A stretch of DNA of 64,000 bases from Gammaproteobacteria bacterium. Its GTDB lineage: Bacteria > Pseudomonadota > Gammaproteobacteria > S012-40. Under the pieces are notes generated by a model. The model was not told where the DNA came from, did not search any database, and saw only the letters and a program-made list of their open reading frames with translations. The DNA is taken from assembly GCA_029884425.1 (NCBI GenBank), contig JAOUHV010000007.1:11358-75357 (forward strand). The letters run 5' to 3'. A program made the position numbers and the translations under genes. Positions within the stretch are counted from its first letter, which is position 1; each line of letters starts with the position of its first letter. This document shows positions 1 to 9,902 of this stretch, one piece after another.

Positions 1-351
1 TTGACGCAACTGTTGGTAGGCCAGCGTTAACTGGGTACTGACATTTTGTGAAGCTTCTGAAATGCTCTTTTGATCGGGGGACTGTGATTCCAATTGAAAA
101 TGGTAGTTATATATCGCAGACGAGAGTTGGTTGACAGCTAGCTCGTAGGGCAGCAGTTTATTTAGGGCGAAATTTGTTTGTTGCAGCGTCTGCTGTACTT
201 GATGGTGTATGGTGGTTTCGGTCTGCTGCTGAGACACGAAGGTGTGGTTTATCCCAATGCCAATAACCAACGACATGCCCAGCCCCACGACGAGGGCAAT
301 GGTATAAATGCGCCCCATGGACCACAGTTTTTTTTTCTTACTGCTGAGCAT
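1..351 (-). CDS. N-terminal part of a membrane-anchored protein, probably a sensor (histidine kinase, MCP or GGDEF type); runs off the window edge
   Basis: Manual translation from ATG at 351 stays open to position 1: MLSSKKKKLWSMGRIYTIALVVGLGMSLVIGIGINHTFVSQQQTE..., a basic N-terminus, one TM helix, then a helical region. Not in the ORF track because the stop is outside the window. Confidence 0.6.
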   Translation of the reverse strand, partial: MLSSKKKKLWSMGRIYTIALVVGLGMSLVIGIGINHTFVSQQQTETTIHHQVQQTLQQTNFALNKLLPYELAVNQLSSAIYNYHFQLESQSPDQKSISEASQNVSTQLTLAYQQLRQ

Positions 352-539
352 TAATGTAATTCCAGAATTTACAGATGGTTACGTGATAATAAAGCAGGGT
401 CTGCAGGCGCTGGGGGCGGCCTAAGCGCCTTGGCAGGAACCATGAAATATCCGCACACATATGCCTTCAAACTAGTGAATGAGAGCTACAGGACAGTGTC
501 GGTCAACAGGGGCAAATACATTAGGGGTAAGGATAAATA

Positions 540-1169
540 ATGGTGGAATTAAGTTTTCTGGCATCCAGCCAGGCGTTGCCCGGCAGGGTCGAGGTGATGG
601 CAGTGACCGAACCCCACGCCGTGACGGGACAGCCGATACTGGCCCCGTTTCCGGTGGGGTTGGCGCAGGCATATTTTGGATTGGGGTGTTTTTGGGGGGC
701 AGAGCGGTTGTTTTGGACCCAAGCGGGGGTGTGGACGACGGCGGTGGGCTACGGTGGTGGGTATACGCCCAATCCTACTTATCGGGAAGTCTGTTCCGGG
801 CTGACGGGGCATACTGAACTGGTGATGGTGGTTTTTGATCCTCAGCAAATCAGTTACGTGCAACTGCTGCAAATATTTTGGCAGGCTCATGATCCGACTC
901 AGGGCATGCGCCAGGGCAACGATGTGGGGACGCAGTACCGATCGGGCATCTATTTTATGGATGAGTCGCAGCAGCAACTGGCATTGCGCAGTCGGGAAAT
1001 CTATCAGCGGGAGCTACTAAAGTTCGGCAGGGGAGCGATTACCACCGAAATTTTACCGGCAGGCCCATTTTACTATGCCGAGGCTTACCATCAGCAGTAT
1101 TTGGCCAAAAATCCCGGTGGTTATTGTGGCTTGGCTGGGACGGGAGTGCCCTGTCCCGGGGTGGATTAA
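540..1169 (+). CDS. msrA: Peptide-methionine (S)-S-oxide reductase MsrA
   Basis: GCFWG active site, [18 protein letters not shown] and [11 protein letters not shown] motifs, C-terminal resolving Cys. Confidence 0.96.
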   Translation: MVELSFLASSQALPGRVEVMAVTEPHAVTGQPILAPFPVGLAQAYFGLGCFWGAERLFWTQAGVWTTAVGYGGGYTPNPTYREVCSGLTGHTELVMVVFDPQQISYVQLLQIFWQAHDPTQGMRQGNDVGTQYRSGIYFMDESQQQLALRSREIYQRELLKFGRGAITTEILPAGPFYYAEAYHQQYLAKNPGGYCGLAGTGVPCPGVD

Positions 1170-1648
1170 CGAGCGCGGCTCATGACGCGCTGTTTTTCGC
1201 GCTGCCAGTCACGGTCTTTTTCGGTGGCGCGTTTGTCGTGCAGTTTCTTGCCCTTGGCCAAGCCGATTTCCAGTTTGGCGCGCGAACCTTTCCAGTACAT
1301 CGCCAAGGGGATCAGCGTGTAGCCCTTGCGCTCAATGGCACCGGTGAGCTGATCAATTTCGTGGCGGTTAAGCAACAGCTTGCGAATACGGTTGGACTGG
1401 GGAACGATGTGGGTGGATGCGGTCAACAGCGGCGTGATCAGCACGTTGGAGACGAAGGTTTCGCCGTTTTTCACGAACACATAGGCATCGCTGATCTGGC
1501 ACTTGCCTGCGCGCAGGCTTTTGACTTCCCAGCCCTCCAGCACTAAGCCAGACTCGAAGGTCTTTTCTATGAAATAGTCATGGCGCGCTTTTTTGTTGAG
1601 CGCGATGGTTGACGAGGTATTGCCGTTTTTGTTTTTGGGCTTGTTCAT
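1166..1648 (-). CDS. smpB: SsrA-binding protein SmpB
   Basis: [26 protein letters not shown] and GKKLHDKR motifs; start taken at ATG 1648. Confidence 0.97.
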   Translation of the reverse strand: MNKPKNKNGNTSSTIALNKKARHDYFIEKTFESGLVLEGWEVKSLRAGKCQISDAYVFVKNGETFVSNVLITPLLTASTHIVPQSNRIRKLLLNRHEIDQLTGAIERKGYTLIPLAMYWKGSRAKLEIGLAKGKKLHDKRATEKDRDWQREKQRVMSRAR

Positions 1649-1798
1649 AGGGCGGCTATTATAGCCACAAGCGCGGCCAATTGGCATAGCTTTGCGGTTA
1701 TGTCCTTGTTTGTAATGGCGGGAGGCCTGGCGTGGGTTGTGTTATGCGGCAAATTTACGCAAAATGCCAAGCAAAATTTTTCGGAGCTGGCTAAGGTA

Positions 1799-3160
1799 AT
1801 GAGCGAATCAAGGCAGTCTATCCATGGCGAATGGTCCGGTCGCTTGGCGTTCATCCTGGCTGCGACGGGCTCGGCGGTAGGCTTGGGCAATATTTGGAAG
1901 TTCCCGTATATTACCGGCGAAAATGGCGGCGGTGCGTTCGTGCTGGTGTATTTGTTGTGCGTGGCGGCGATAGGTATTCCCATCATGGTTGCCGAAATTA
2001 TGCTCGGTCGTCGTGGCCGGAGTACGCCAGTGAACACCATGACCCGCCTGGCTGCAGAAGCCGGTGGCAGTTCTGCCTGGAAGTGGCTGGGCTGGATGGG
2101 GATGCTGGCTGGCTTTCTGATTCTATCATTCTATAGTGTCATTGGCGGTTGGGCGCTGGCGTATGTGCCGGCGCTGGGCTCTGGGGCGTTTGCCGGTCAG
2201 GATGCGGCATTTGTTGGCGATCAATTCGCCAGCTTGCTGGGGTCGCCGCTGACGCTACTGGCTTGGCACACCTTGTTTATGGTTCTGACCATGGCGGTGG
2301 TCGCGCGCGGCGTTCGCGGAGGTCTGGAAAAGGCCGTGTATGTGCTGATGCCGGGACTGTTTGTGCTGATGCTCATCTTGGTGGGGTATGCGATGAGCAT
2401 GGGCCACTTTGCGCGAGCGGTGGAATTTTTGTTCACACCAGATTTTTCCAAGATTACTGGCACCGGTATTTTGATTGCCATGGGGCATTCCTTTTTCACG
2501 CTGAGTCTGGGAATGGGAGCGATCATGATCTACGGTTCCTATCTGCCCAAGCGAGTTTCGATTGCGCGGACAACGTTCATAATCGCGATCGCTGATACCA
2601 CCGTGGCTTTGCTGGCAGGCTTGGCCATTTTCCCCATAGTATTTTCCAACGGTCTGGAGCCGGGAGCGGGTCCGGGGTTGGTCTTTGAAACCTTGCCGCT
2701 GGCGTTCGCGCATATGCCCGGTGGGACGATAGTGGGCACCTTGTTTTTTGTGCTGCTGGTGTTTGCAGCGTGGACATCGTCTATTTCGCTGATCGAGCCT
2801 GCGGTTACTTGGCTGGTGGAAAAGCGCGGCATGACCCGGATAAAAGCATGTCTTTTCTTGGGAATGTCGGCTTGGCTGCTGGGTGTGGGTACGGTACTGT
2901 CGTTCAATGAGTGGTCCGAGATCAAGCTTTTTGGCAAAACGTTTTTTGACTCGCTGGATTTTCTGACAACAAATATTTTGCTCCCGCTGGGTGGTTTGCT
3001 GATCGCCATTTTTGCGGGATGGGTATTGCCGCGCCAGATTTGCCGTGACGAATTGGAAATGAAAGAGCAACTGGGTTTTCGGATATGGTTATTTTTGATT
3101 CGTTATGTGACACCGGTGGCGATTTTCTGCGTGTTTCTTAATGTGGTTGGTCTGATCTAA
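1799..3160 (+). CDS. Sodium-dependent transporter, NSS/SNF family
   Basis: GSAVGLGNIWKFPY...GENGGGAF signature and many TM helices; ATG 1799 after AAGGT. Confidence 0.93.
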   Translation: MSESRQSIHGEWSGRLAFILAATGSAVGLGNIWKFPYITGENGGGAFVLVYLLCVAAIGIPIMVAEIMLGRRGRSTPVNTMTRLAAEAGGSSAWKWLGWMGMLAGFLILSFYSVIGGWALAYVPALGSGAFAGQDAAFVGDQFASLLGSPLTLLAWHTLFMVLTMAVVARGVRGGLEKAVYVLMPGLFVLMLILVGYAMSMGHFARAVEFLFTPDFSKITGTGILIAMGHSFFTLSLGMGAIMIYGSYLPKRVSIARTTFIIAIADTTVALLAGLAIFPIVFSNGLEPGAGPGLVFETLPLAFAHMPGGTIVGTLFFVLLVFAAWTSSISLIEPAVTWLVEKRGMTRIKACLFLGMSAWLLGVGTVLSFNEWSEIKLFGKTFFDSLDFLTTNILLPLGGLLIAIFAGWVLPRQICRDELEMKEQLGFRIWLFLIRYVTPVAIFCVFLNVVGLI

Positions 3161-3172
3161 TCGAGGCGCGCG

Positions 3173-3607
3173 ATGACAGCGGTAAAACGTAATGCTCTGG
3201 TGCCGTTTAGTGCACAACAGATGTTTGATTTGGTCGATGATATAGAGGCGTATCCGCAATTTTTGCCGTGGTGCAAATCAGCAAGTGTGCATAGCCGCGA
3301 TGCGCTGCAAGTGACTGCCAGTATCGAGATTGCCAAAGCAGGTATTCAGCAAACGTTTACGACGCGTAACCTCAATACCCAAGGCGAGGTTATTGAAATG
3401 CAGTTGGTGGATGGCCCGTTTCAGGCGTTGCACGGCTACTGGCGATTTCAGGCGTTGAACGAAAATGCGTGCAAGGTGTCATTGGATTTGGAATTTGAAT
3501 TTTCCAGCAAGGTGTTGAGCATGACGTTGGGGCCGGTGTTTTCCCAAATCTGCAATACCATGGTGGAGGTCTTTGTGAAACGTGCTCGGGAAGTGTACAG
3601 CGCATGA
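3173..3607 (+). CDS. ratA: RatA/PasT, START (Coq10-like) domain protein
   Basis: MFDLVDDIEAYPQFLPWC and GPFQALHGYWRF motifs; smpB-ratA-ratB-bamE synteny. Confidence 0.93.
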   Translation: MTAVKRNALVPFSAQQMFDLVDDIEAYPQFLPWCKSASVHSRDALQVTASIEIAKAGIQQTFTTRNLNTQGEVIEMQLVDGPFQALHGYWRFQALNENACKVSLDLEFEFSSKVLSMTLGPVFSQICNTMVEVFVKRAREVYSA

Positions 3608-3948
3608 CGCAGCAACAGGAAATGATTCGGGTGGAAGTGGCTTATGCCCGTCCGGATGTGCAGGAAATTTTTGCGCTGGAAGTGGAAGCCGGTACCAATG
3701 CCGAGCAGGCCATCGTGCGCTCGGGGGTGCTGGAAAAATTTCCAGAAATTGATTTGGCCAACAATAAAGTAGGGATTTTTGGCAAGTTGACCAAATTGCA
3801 GCAACCATTGATCGCCGGTGATCGGGTGGAGATTTACCGGCCATTGCTGGCGGACCCAAAAGAAGTTCGCCGTCGTCGCGCCGCCGAGGGCAAACGCATG
3901 AAAAAGGGCGGTGGTGATGTTGCTAGTGGTGACGCGGTAAGTGAATAA
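3604..3948 (+). CDS. ratB: RnfH/RatB (PasI) ubiquitin-like protein
   Basis: VEVAYA and GDRVEIYRPLLADPKEVRRRRA motifs; ATGA overlap with ratA. Confidence 0.92.
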   Translation: MTQQQEMIRVEVAYARPDVQEIFALEVEAGTNAEQAIVRSGVLEKFPEIDLANNKVGIFGKLTKLQQPLIAGDRVEIYRPLLADPKEVRRRRAAEGKRMKKGGGDVASGDAVSE

Positions 3949-3961
3949 CGCCTAGCTGGCG

Positions 3962-4267
3962 TTATTGCTTGTCGATTTTTGTGACTTTTCCGTCTTCGAA
4001 AAATACCGTGACCCGGCTGTGCTCCCGACTGTAGGGTGCCGCGCCGTCTTGTTTGGTGTAGATGTAATCCCAGCGATTGGCGTGAAACGGATCTTGCAGC
4101 AGCGGGGTGCCCATGATGAAGCGGACCCGGTCCTGGGTCATGCCCGTTTGCAGCTGGGCGACGGCATCCGCTTCGATGACGTTACCTTGCTGGATATCGA
4201 TGGTGTGTATGGTGCAAGCCGGCAGGAATGCGCTTACAATGACTAAATTTCTGAGGATCTTGCCCAT
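3962..4267 (-). CDS. bamE: Outer membrane protein assembly lipoprotein BamE
   Basis: Lipobox (LPAC), IQQGN and GTPLLQDPFHANRWDYIY motifs; divergent from fur. Confidence 0.94.
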   Translation of the reverse strand: MGKILRNLVIVSAFLPACTIHTIDIQQGNVIEADAVAQLQTGMTQDRVRFIMGTPLLQDPFHANRWDYIYTKQDGAAPYSREHSRVTVFFEDGKVTKIDKQ

Positions 4268-4351
4268 GGGTGAAATTCATTGTTGAAACCAAGGCTAATG
4301 TTACCTGAAAGCCGACAAAAATATAACACCTTATAGAAAAGGATTATCGCT

Positions 4352-4759
4352 TTGGATAGTCAGGATTTGAAAAACGCCGGTCTGAAGGCAACCGGTCCCC
4401 GCATTAAAATTTTGGAATTGCTGGAACAGGGCGACAATGCCCACTTAAGTGCCGAGGATATTTACCGGATGTTGACCGAGACCGGCGAGGATGTTGGTCT
4501 GGCAACGGTATATCGCGTGTTGACCCAGTTTGAGTCAGCAGGGCTGGTGGTGCGCCACAAATTTGAAGATGGTCGTGCGGTGTTTGAGCTGGACAGCGGC
4601 GGTCATCACGATCATATCGTTTGCGTGGGCTGTGGCAAAGTGAAAGAGTTTGTCGATAACGTCATCGAGCAGCGGCAGAAAGAAATTGCGGAAAAAGCCG
4701 GATTTCAAATGACCGATCACTGTTTGTATATCTACGGCCTTTGCGCTAATTGCCGTTAA
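4352..4759 (+). CDS. fur: Ferric uptake regulator Fur
   Basis: LKNAGLKAT, GLATVYRVLTQF, HHDHIVCVGC and C-terminal CxxC; TTG start after AAGGA. Confidence 0.96.
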   Translation: MDSQDLKNAGLKATGPRIKILELLEQGDNAHLSAEDIYRMLTETGEDVGLATVYRVLTQFESAGLVVRHKFEDGRAVFELDSGGHHDHIVCVGCGKVKEFVDNVIEQRQKEIAEKAGFQMTDHCLYIYGLCANCR

Positions 4760-4780
4760 TTAGCGCAATAAAAAACTTTT

Positions 4781-4803
4781 GGGCAACTTCGCCGTTGCCT
4801 TTA
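4781..4803 (+). terminator. Probable intrinsic terminator of fur
   Basis: GGGCAAC-ttcgcc-GTTGCCT stem followed by a short T run. Confidence 0.45.
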
Positions 4804-4826
4804 AAAAACTGCACTATAATTTAATC

Positions 4827-4950
4827 AGGGTCCGGTACAAAAGGGACCCGTGGGAACCGTCTCTCTCGAGACGGCATTTATGGAAGGTATAGCAACTCTT
4901 CTCACATGGCCCCCGCGGTGTGCGTCATGCACCGTGGGGGTTTAGTTTTT
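4827..4950 (+). ncRNA. Candidate small RNA with three strong hairpins, the last a terminator
   Basis: TATAAT at 4815-4820; hairpins GGGTCC/GGACCC and CCGTCTC/GAGACGG; 13-bp terminal stem with three G-U pairs that form only on the + strand, followed by TTTAGTTTTT. Confidence 0.5.
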
Positions 4951-6450
4951 GCTGGCCGCGACCTCATGTACCAGCGAAATTTTATTATCCTGATCGACAT
5001 TTTCCAGGCGCACACCAAATCCCCAAAGACGAGACAAATGCTTCATGACTTCGTGCAAACTGGAGTCATGTAATGGTCTGCGGTTGTACTGATAGTGTCG
5101 TAGTGTCAGGCTGCGGTCACCCCAGCGATTGACGTTATAAACCTGGATATTAGGTTCAATATTGCCCAGATTGTATTGATCTGCCAGATGTTGACGAACC
5201 GTGCGATATCCTTCGTCATTGTGGATCGCATCGACCATCATAAACTGATCTTTGTCGTCATCACGAATAGAGAATAGTTTCATATCGCGAATAACTTTTG
5301 GGGACAGGTATTGGGCAATGAAGCTCTCATCCTTGAAGTTTCGCATGGCGAAATCCAAGCTGCTGATCCAGTCACTACCTGCCAACTCAGGAAACCAGCG
5401 ACGATCTTCGTCCGTGGGATGCTCACAAATACGGCGAATGTCCGTCATCATCGCAAACCCCAGTGCGTAGGGGTTGATTCCAGAATAATATTTGCTGTCG
5501 AATTCCGGTTGATATACCACATTGGTGTGTGATTTCAGAAACTCGACCATGAAACCCTCGTCGACCAAACCTTCATCATACATGTGGTTAAGCAGCGTAT
5601 AGTGCCAGAAGGTTGCCCACCCTTCATTCATGACTTTGGTTTGTCGCTGAGGATAAAAATATTGTGCGATTTTTCGCACAATACGCACAATTTCACGTTG
5701 CCAGGGTTGAAGTAGTGGTGCATTTTTTTCGATGAAATACAGAATGTTTTCCTGGGGTTCTTTGGGGAACCGCTCGGCATTTTCCTTATTTTCTTTGTCT
5801 GGCGTGGGGATGGTTCGCCACAGTTCATTGACTTGGCTTTGCAGATATTCTTCACGTTCTTTTTGTCTGGCTTGCTCGTTTCGCAGTGACAAACGCTGAG
5901 GACGCTTGTAACGATCGACGCCAAAATTCATCAATGCATGGCAAGAGTCGAGTATTTCCTCAACGGCATCAATGCCATAACGCTTCTCGCATTCTGCGAT
6001 GTATTTTTTGGAGAAAACCAGATAGTCAATAATGGCGTCGGCGGAAGTCCATTGTTTGAAAAGGTAGTTGTTTTTGAAAAATGAATTGTGACCATAGCAG
6101 GCATGGGCAATAACCAGTGCTTGCATCGTCATGGTGTTTTCTTCCATGAGATACGATATGCACGGATCAGAGTTGATTACGATCTCGTAAGCCAGACCCA
6201 TTCGGCCACGCTTGTATTTTTTTTCGGTGTCGAGGAATTGTTTGCCGTAGGACCAATGGTTGTAGCCTACCGGCATACCCACCGAAGAGTATGCATCCAT
6301 CATTTGTTCCGCGCTGATGACTTCTATCTGATTGGGATAGGTTTGCAGGCGGTAGAGCTTGGCGATACGGCCTATTTCACGCTCGTATTCGTCAAGTAGG
6401 TCAAAAGTCCATTCTGAACCCTCAGAGAGCAGCTTGCGCTTCTCGCTCAT
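4942..6450 (-). CDS. ycgB: SpoVR family protein (YcgB)
   Basis: MGLAYEIVINSDPCISYL, HACYGHNSFFKNN and TKVMNEGWATFWHY motifs; third gene of the prkA operon. Confidence 0.95.
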   Translation of the reverse strand: MSEKRKLLSEGSEWTFDLLDEYEREIGRIAKLYRLQTYPNQIEVISAEQMMDAYSSVGMPVGYNHWSYGKQFLDTEKKYKRGRMGLAYEIVINSDPCISYLMEENTMTMQALVIAHACYGHNSFFKNNYLFKQWTSADAIIDYLVFSKKYIAECEKRYGIDAVEEILDSCHALMNFGVDRYKRPQRLSLRNEQARQKEREEYLQSQVNELWRTIPTPDKENKENAERFPKEPQENILYFIEKNAPLLQPWQREIVRIVRKIAQYFYPQRQTKVMNEGWATFWHYTLLNHMYDEGLVDEGFMVEFLKSHTNVVYQPEFDSKYYSGINPYALGFAMMTDIRRICEHPTDEDRRWFPELAGSDWISSLDFAMRNFKDESFIAQYLSPKVIRDMKLFSIRDDDKDQFMMVDAIHNDEGYRTVRQHLADQYNLGNIEPNIQVYNVNRWGDRSLTLRHYQYNRRPLHDSSLHEVMKHLSRLWGFGVRLENVDQDNKISLVHEVAASKN

Positions 6451-7721
6451 GACTTCACCTCAGTTTGTCTTTTGAACAGCTCGCGGAAGACAGGGTATAT
6501 GTCTGCCGCAGAATCAATTTGCTGCATGGCGAAATGTGGGTGACTGCTACGTAGTCGCTGGTATTGATGCCAGAGACTTTGATGCTGATCCGGTGTTATT
6601 TCGACATAGGCAAAGTATTGCACCAAGGGAAGAAGTTTGCTGTCCATGATGTTGTGGCAGAGTGAAGAATCATCATGCCAGTTGTCGCCATCCGAAGCTT
6701 GCGCGACGTACACATTCCAGTCATCGCTGGTGTAACGATCACTGATAATGTCGTGCGCCAGGTTGAGAGCGCTAGAAACCACGGTTCCGCCTGTTTCACG
6801 AGAATAGAAGAATTCCTGTTCGTCAACTTCACGTGCGGTGGTGTGATGGCAAACAAAAACGATCTCTATTTTTTCATAGTTCCTGGTTAAGAACAGATAC
6901 AGCAGGATAAAGAACCGCTTCGCCAATTCTTTTTTAAGCTGATCCATGGAGCCTGACACGTCCATGATGCATATCATGGCTGCTTGTGTCGTTGGCTTTG
7001 GGACTTCAATTCTGTTGTTATATCTAAGATCAAAAGTATCGATGAAAGGTATTGCTGATATTTTCTTCTTAACAATTTCTATCTCGCGCTTTAGATCGAT
7101 AATAATAGGATCAGTTTCAGCGTGGGACAGCAGTAGTTCTTCGAGCTTGTCCTCCAGTTCTTTCAGTTTTCTTTTGTGCGGGCCACGAAGGGCGATGCGT
7201 CTGGCCTTTGCGCCTCGCAGGGATCTAACCACATTGATGTTTGTTGGAACGCCGTTTTGGGTGTAACCGGCGCGAACCCTGTTTTTGTCGTAAATGGTGG
7301 CTAGTTTTGTTTTGACGAGATTGGGTAGTTCAAGATCCTCAAAGAAAAATTCCATGAATTCTTCTTTGCTTAGCTCGAAAACAAAATCATCCTCACCGCT
7401 GCCGTCATTGCTGGCCTTGTTTCCCTGGCCTTGACCACTGCCGCCGCTAGGGCGCTTTATTTTGTCACCAGTGGAAAACTGTTTGTTGCCAGGGCTGACG
7501 ATAGTTCTATCGCCGCCCTGACCGTGATGGATGACAGGTTCAGAGATGTCTTTTGAAGGAATGGTGATGGTTTCTCCGCCCTCAATATCAGATATTTTTC
7601 TGCCAGATATAGCGTTGCTGACAGCCTTTTTAATCTGAGTCTTGAAGCGGCGGAGAAAGCGCTGCCGATTCACAGCGCTTTTGTTTTTGCCGTTTAGTCG
7701 TCTGTCTATAATGCGAGACAA
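6447..7721 (-). CDS. yeaH: YeaH/YhbH family protein (DUF444, vWA-like)
   Basis: IIDRRLNGKNKSAVNRQRF, MDVSGSM, ETGGTVVSSAL and QASDGDNW motifs. Confidence 0.95.
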   Translation of the reverse strand: MSRIIDRRLNGKNKSAVNRQRFLRRFKTQIKKAVSNAISGRKISDIEGGETITIPSKDISEPVIHHGQGGDRTIVSPGNKQFSTGDKIKRPSGGSGQGQGNKASNDGSGEDDFVFELSKEEFMEFFFEDLELPNLVKTKLATIYDKNRVRAGYTQNGVPTNINVVRSLRGAKARRIALRGPHKRKLKELEDKLEELLLSHAETDPIIIDLKREIEIVKKKISAIPFIDTFDLRYNNRIEVPKPTTQAAMICIMDVSGSMDQLKKELAKRFFILLYLFLTRNYEKIEIVFVCHHTTAREVDEQEFFYSRETGGTVVSSALNLAHDIISDRYTSDDWNVYVAQASDGDNWHDDSSLCHNIMDSKLLPLVQYFAYVEITPDQHQSLWHQYQRLRSSHPHFAMQQIDSAADIYPVFRELFKRQTEVKS

Positions 7722-7738
7722 GGGACACCTCGATTTGT

Positions 7739-9661
7739 TTAGGAGGATTTACGTACACGCAGATACCATTCGCAAAGCAGACGGACCTGTTTGGCTGTGT
7801 AGCCTTTTTCTGTCATGCGGTTAACAAAATCCTCGTGCTTCCTCTTGTCTTCTCCCGATGATTTGGGATTGAACGAAATGACAGGAAGCAAATCTTCGGT
7901 GTTCGAGAACATTTTCTTCTCGATGACATTACGAAGTTTCTCGTAGCTGGTCCATTTCGGATTCTTTCCGTTGTTGTTGGCTCTGGCGCGAAGCACAAAG
8001 TTAACAATTTCATTGCGGAAATCTTTCGGATTGGAAATTCCAGCGGGTTTCTCAATTTTTTCAAGTTCTTCATTGAGAGCCGAGCGGTTGAAGATTTCGC
8101 CAGTGTCAGGATCCCGGTATTCTTCATCTTGAATCCAGTAATCCGCATAGGTGACGTAGCGGTCGAAAATATTCTGACCGTATTCGGAATAGGACTCAAG
8201 ATAGGCGGTCTGAATTTCTTTGCCGATGAATCCAATGTATTCAGGAACCAGCATGCCCTTGATGTAGGATAGGTAGCGTTCCTCAACTTCGCTGGGGAAC
8301 TGTTCCTGCTCAATTTGTTGTTCTAGAACATACAGCAGATGCACAGGGTTGGCAGCTACTTCAGTATTGTCATAGTTGAATACGCGGGACAGTATTTTGA
8401 ATGAAAAACGGGTAGACAACCCATTCATTCCCTCGTCGACGCCGGCGAAATCCCGGTATTCCTGATAGGATTTGGCATTTGGGTCGGTGTCTTTCAGGCT
8501 TTCACCATCATAGACTTTCATTTTCGAGAAAATGCTGGAATTCTCTGGCTCTTTCAGTCGTGTTAGCACAGAGAATTGCGCTAGCATTTTCAACGTGTCT
8601 GGTGCGCATGGCGAATTGGCCAGTGAGCTATTGCGCAGCAGTTTTTCGTAAATTCTGATTTCTTCAGAGTACCGCAAACAGTAAGGCACTTTGACAATGT
8701 ATATCCGATCGAGGAATGCCTCGTTATTTTTATTGTTGCGGAATGCAACCCACTCGGATTCGTTGGAGTGGGCAAGTACGACACCATCAAACGGTATAGC
8801 ACCTAAGCCCTCGGTTCCTTTGTAGTTGTGTTCCTGGGTTGCAGTCAGTAATGGATGCAATACTTTGATAGGCGCTTTAAACATTTCCACGAATTCCAGC
8901 AAACCCTGGTTTGCTTGGCACAGGCCACCCGAGTAGCTGTACGCGTCTGGATCGTCTTGGGCAAACATTTCCAATTTCCGAATGTCTATTTTTCCGACCA
9001 GTGAGGAAATGTCTTGATTGTTCTCATCGCCAGGTTCAGTTTTGGCAATGCATTTTTGTTGAAGAATGGAAGGCCATAGTTTAACGACTTTGAATTTTGA
9101 AATATCACCGCCGTATTCATGCAGGCGTTTTACTGCCCATGGCGACAGAATGGTGCTGAGGTAGCGCGAGTTGATGCCGTACTCTTCCTGCAAAATCTTT
9201 CCGTCTTCGGCAGGATTGAATAATCCCAGCGGAGATTCGTTGACCGGTGAACCCTTTAAGGCGTAAACCGGATATTTTTCCATCAGTGATTTTAATTTTT
9301 CAGCCAAGGAGGATTTGCCGCCACCTACTGGACCCAGTAGATATAGAATTTGTTTGGCTTCTTCCAATCCTTGCGCCGCGTGTTTGAAGTAGGCGACGAT
9401 TTTTTCTACGGTGTCTTCCATGCCGTAAAAATCTCTGAAAGCAGGGTAGATGTTTATGACGCGGTTTGAGAAAAGTCGACTCAGGCGTTGGTCATTGCGT
9501 GTGTCAATTTGCTCAGGTTCGCCGATGGCGGCCAACATGCGCTCCGCAGAGCTGGCATAGACCATTGGATCTTTTTTGCACAGGTCGAGATATTCTTGTA
9601 GCGTGAATTCTTCTTCCTGGGATTTTTCATAGCGCGTCATGTAATGTTTAAAAATGCTCAT
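7739..9661 (-). CDS. yeaG: PrkA/YeaG family serine kinase / AAA+ ATPase
   Basis: Walker A GPVGGGKS, EPGDENNQDIS and EFVEMFKAPIK motifs; GGAGG RBS. Confidence 0.96.
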   Translation of the reverse strand: MSIFKHYMTRYEKSQEEEFTLQEYLDLCKKDPMVYASSAERMLAAIGEPEQIDTRNDQRLSRLFSNRVINIYPAFRDFYGMEDTVEKIVAYFKHAAQGLEEAKQILYLLGPVGGGKSSLAEKLKSLMEKYPVYALKGSPVNESPLGLFNPAEDGKILQEEYGINSRYLSTILSPWAVKRLHEYGGDISKFKVVKLWPSILQQKCIAKTEPGDENNQDISSLVGKIDIRKLEMFAQDDPDAYSYSGGLCQANQGLLEFVEMFKAPIKVLHPLLTATQEHNYKGTEGLGAIPFDGVVLAHSNESEWVAFRNNKNNEAFLDRIYIVKVPYCLRYSEEIRIYEKLLRNSSLANSPCAPDTLKMLAQFSVLTRLKEPENSSIFSKMKVYDGESLKDTDPNAKSYQEYRDFAGVDEGMNGLSTRFSFKILSRVFNYDNTEVAANPVHLLYVLEQQIEQEQFPSEVEERYLSYIKGMLVPEYIGFIGKEIQTAYLESYSEYGQNIFDRYVTYADYWIQDEEYRDPDTGEIFNRSALNEELEKIEKPAGISNPKDFRNEIVNFVLRARANNNGKNPKWTSYEKLRNVIEKKMFSNTEDLLPVISFNPKSSGEDKRKHEDFVNRMTEKGYTAKQVRLLCEWYLRVRKSS

Positions 9662-9875
9662 GACCTTTACCTCCGGATGGTTATGCTAACACTGTGTGGG
9701 ATATTTGGTGATATTTCTCCCTTTCCTTAAGTGATGGGGAGCAAGAAGCAAGCCAGGAAAAATTGAACAAAAACAATGTCGAACACTTGACGCCGTTCGG
9801 CGTGTTTCCCAGCGATTTCTGACAAACGAGCCAAAAAAACGGCAAAACGCCGTATCGCACCTATGACAGTATAAA

Positions 9876-9902
9876 GTATCGGCTGTTGGATTGATTAATC
9901 TA
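9876..9902 (-). promoter_or_regulatory. Sigma28-like promoter for yeaG-yeaH-ycgB
   Basis: Minus strand TAGA-N15-GCCGATAC against the consensus TAAA-N15-GCCGATAA. Confidence 0.5.

Noticed and set aside
1681..1696. Sigma54-like TTGGCATAGCTTTGC upstream of the NSS transporter
   Set aside because: GG-to-GC spacing is 9 nt rather than the required 10
1799..3160. NSS transporter between smpB and ratA as a novelty
   Set aside because: I recall this arrangement from other gammaproteobacteria, and there are no signs of mobility
3173..3948. ratA-ratB as a novel toxin-antitoxin system
   Set aside because: Conserved core locus beside smpB and bamE; well known
4879..4944. 21-codon ORF (MEGIATLLTW...) inside the sRNA candidate
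   Set aside because: No convincing RBS, and it runs through the terminator stem
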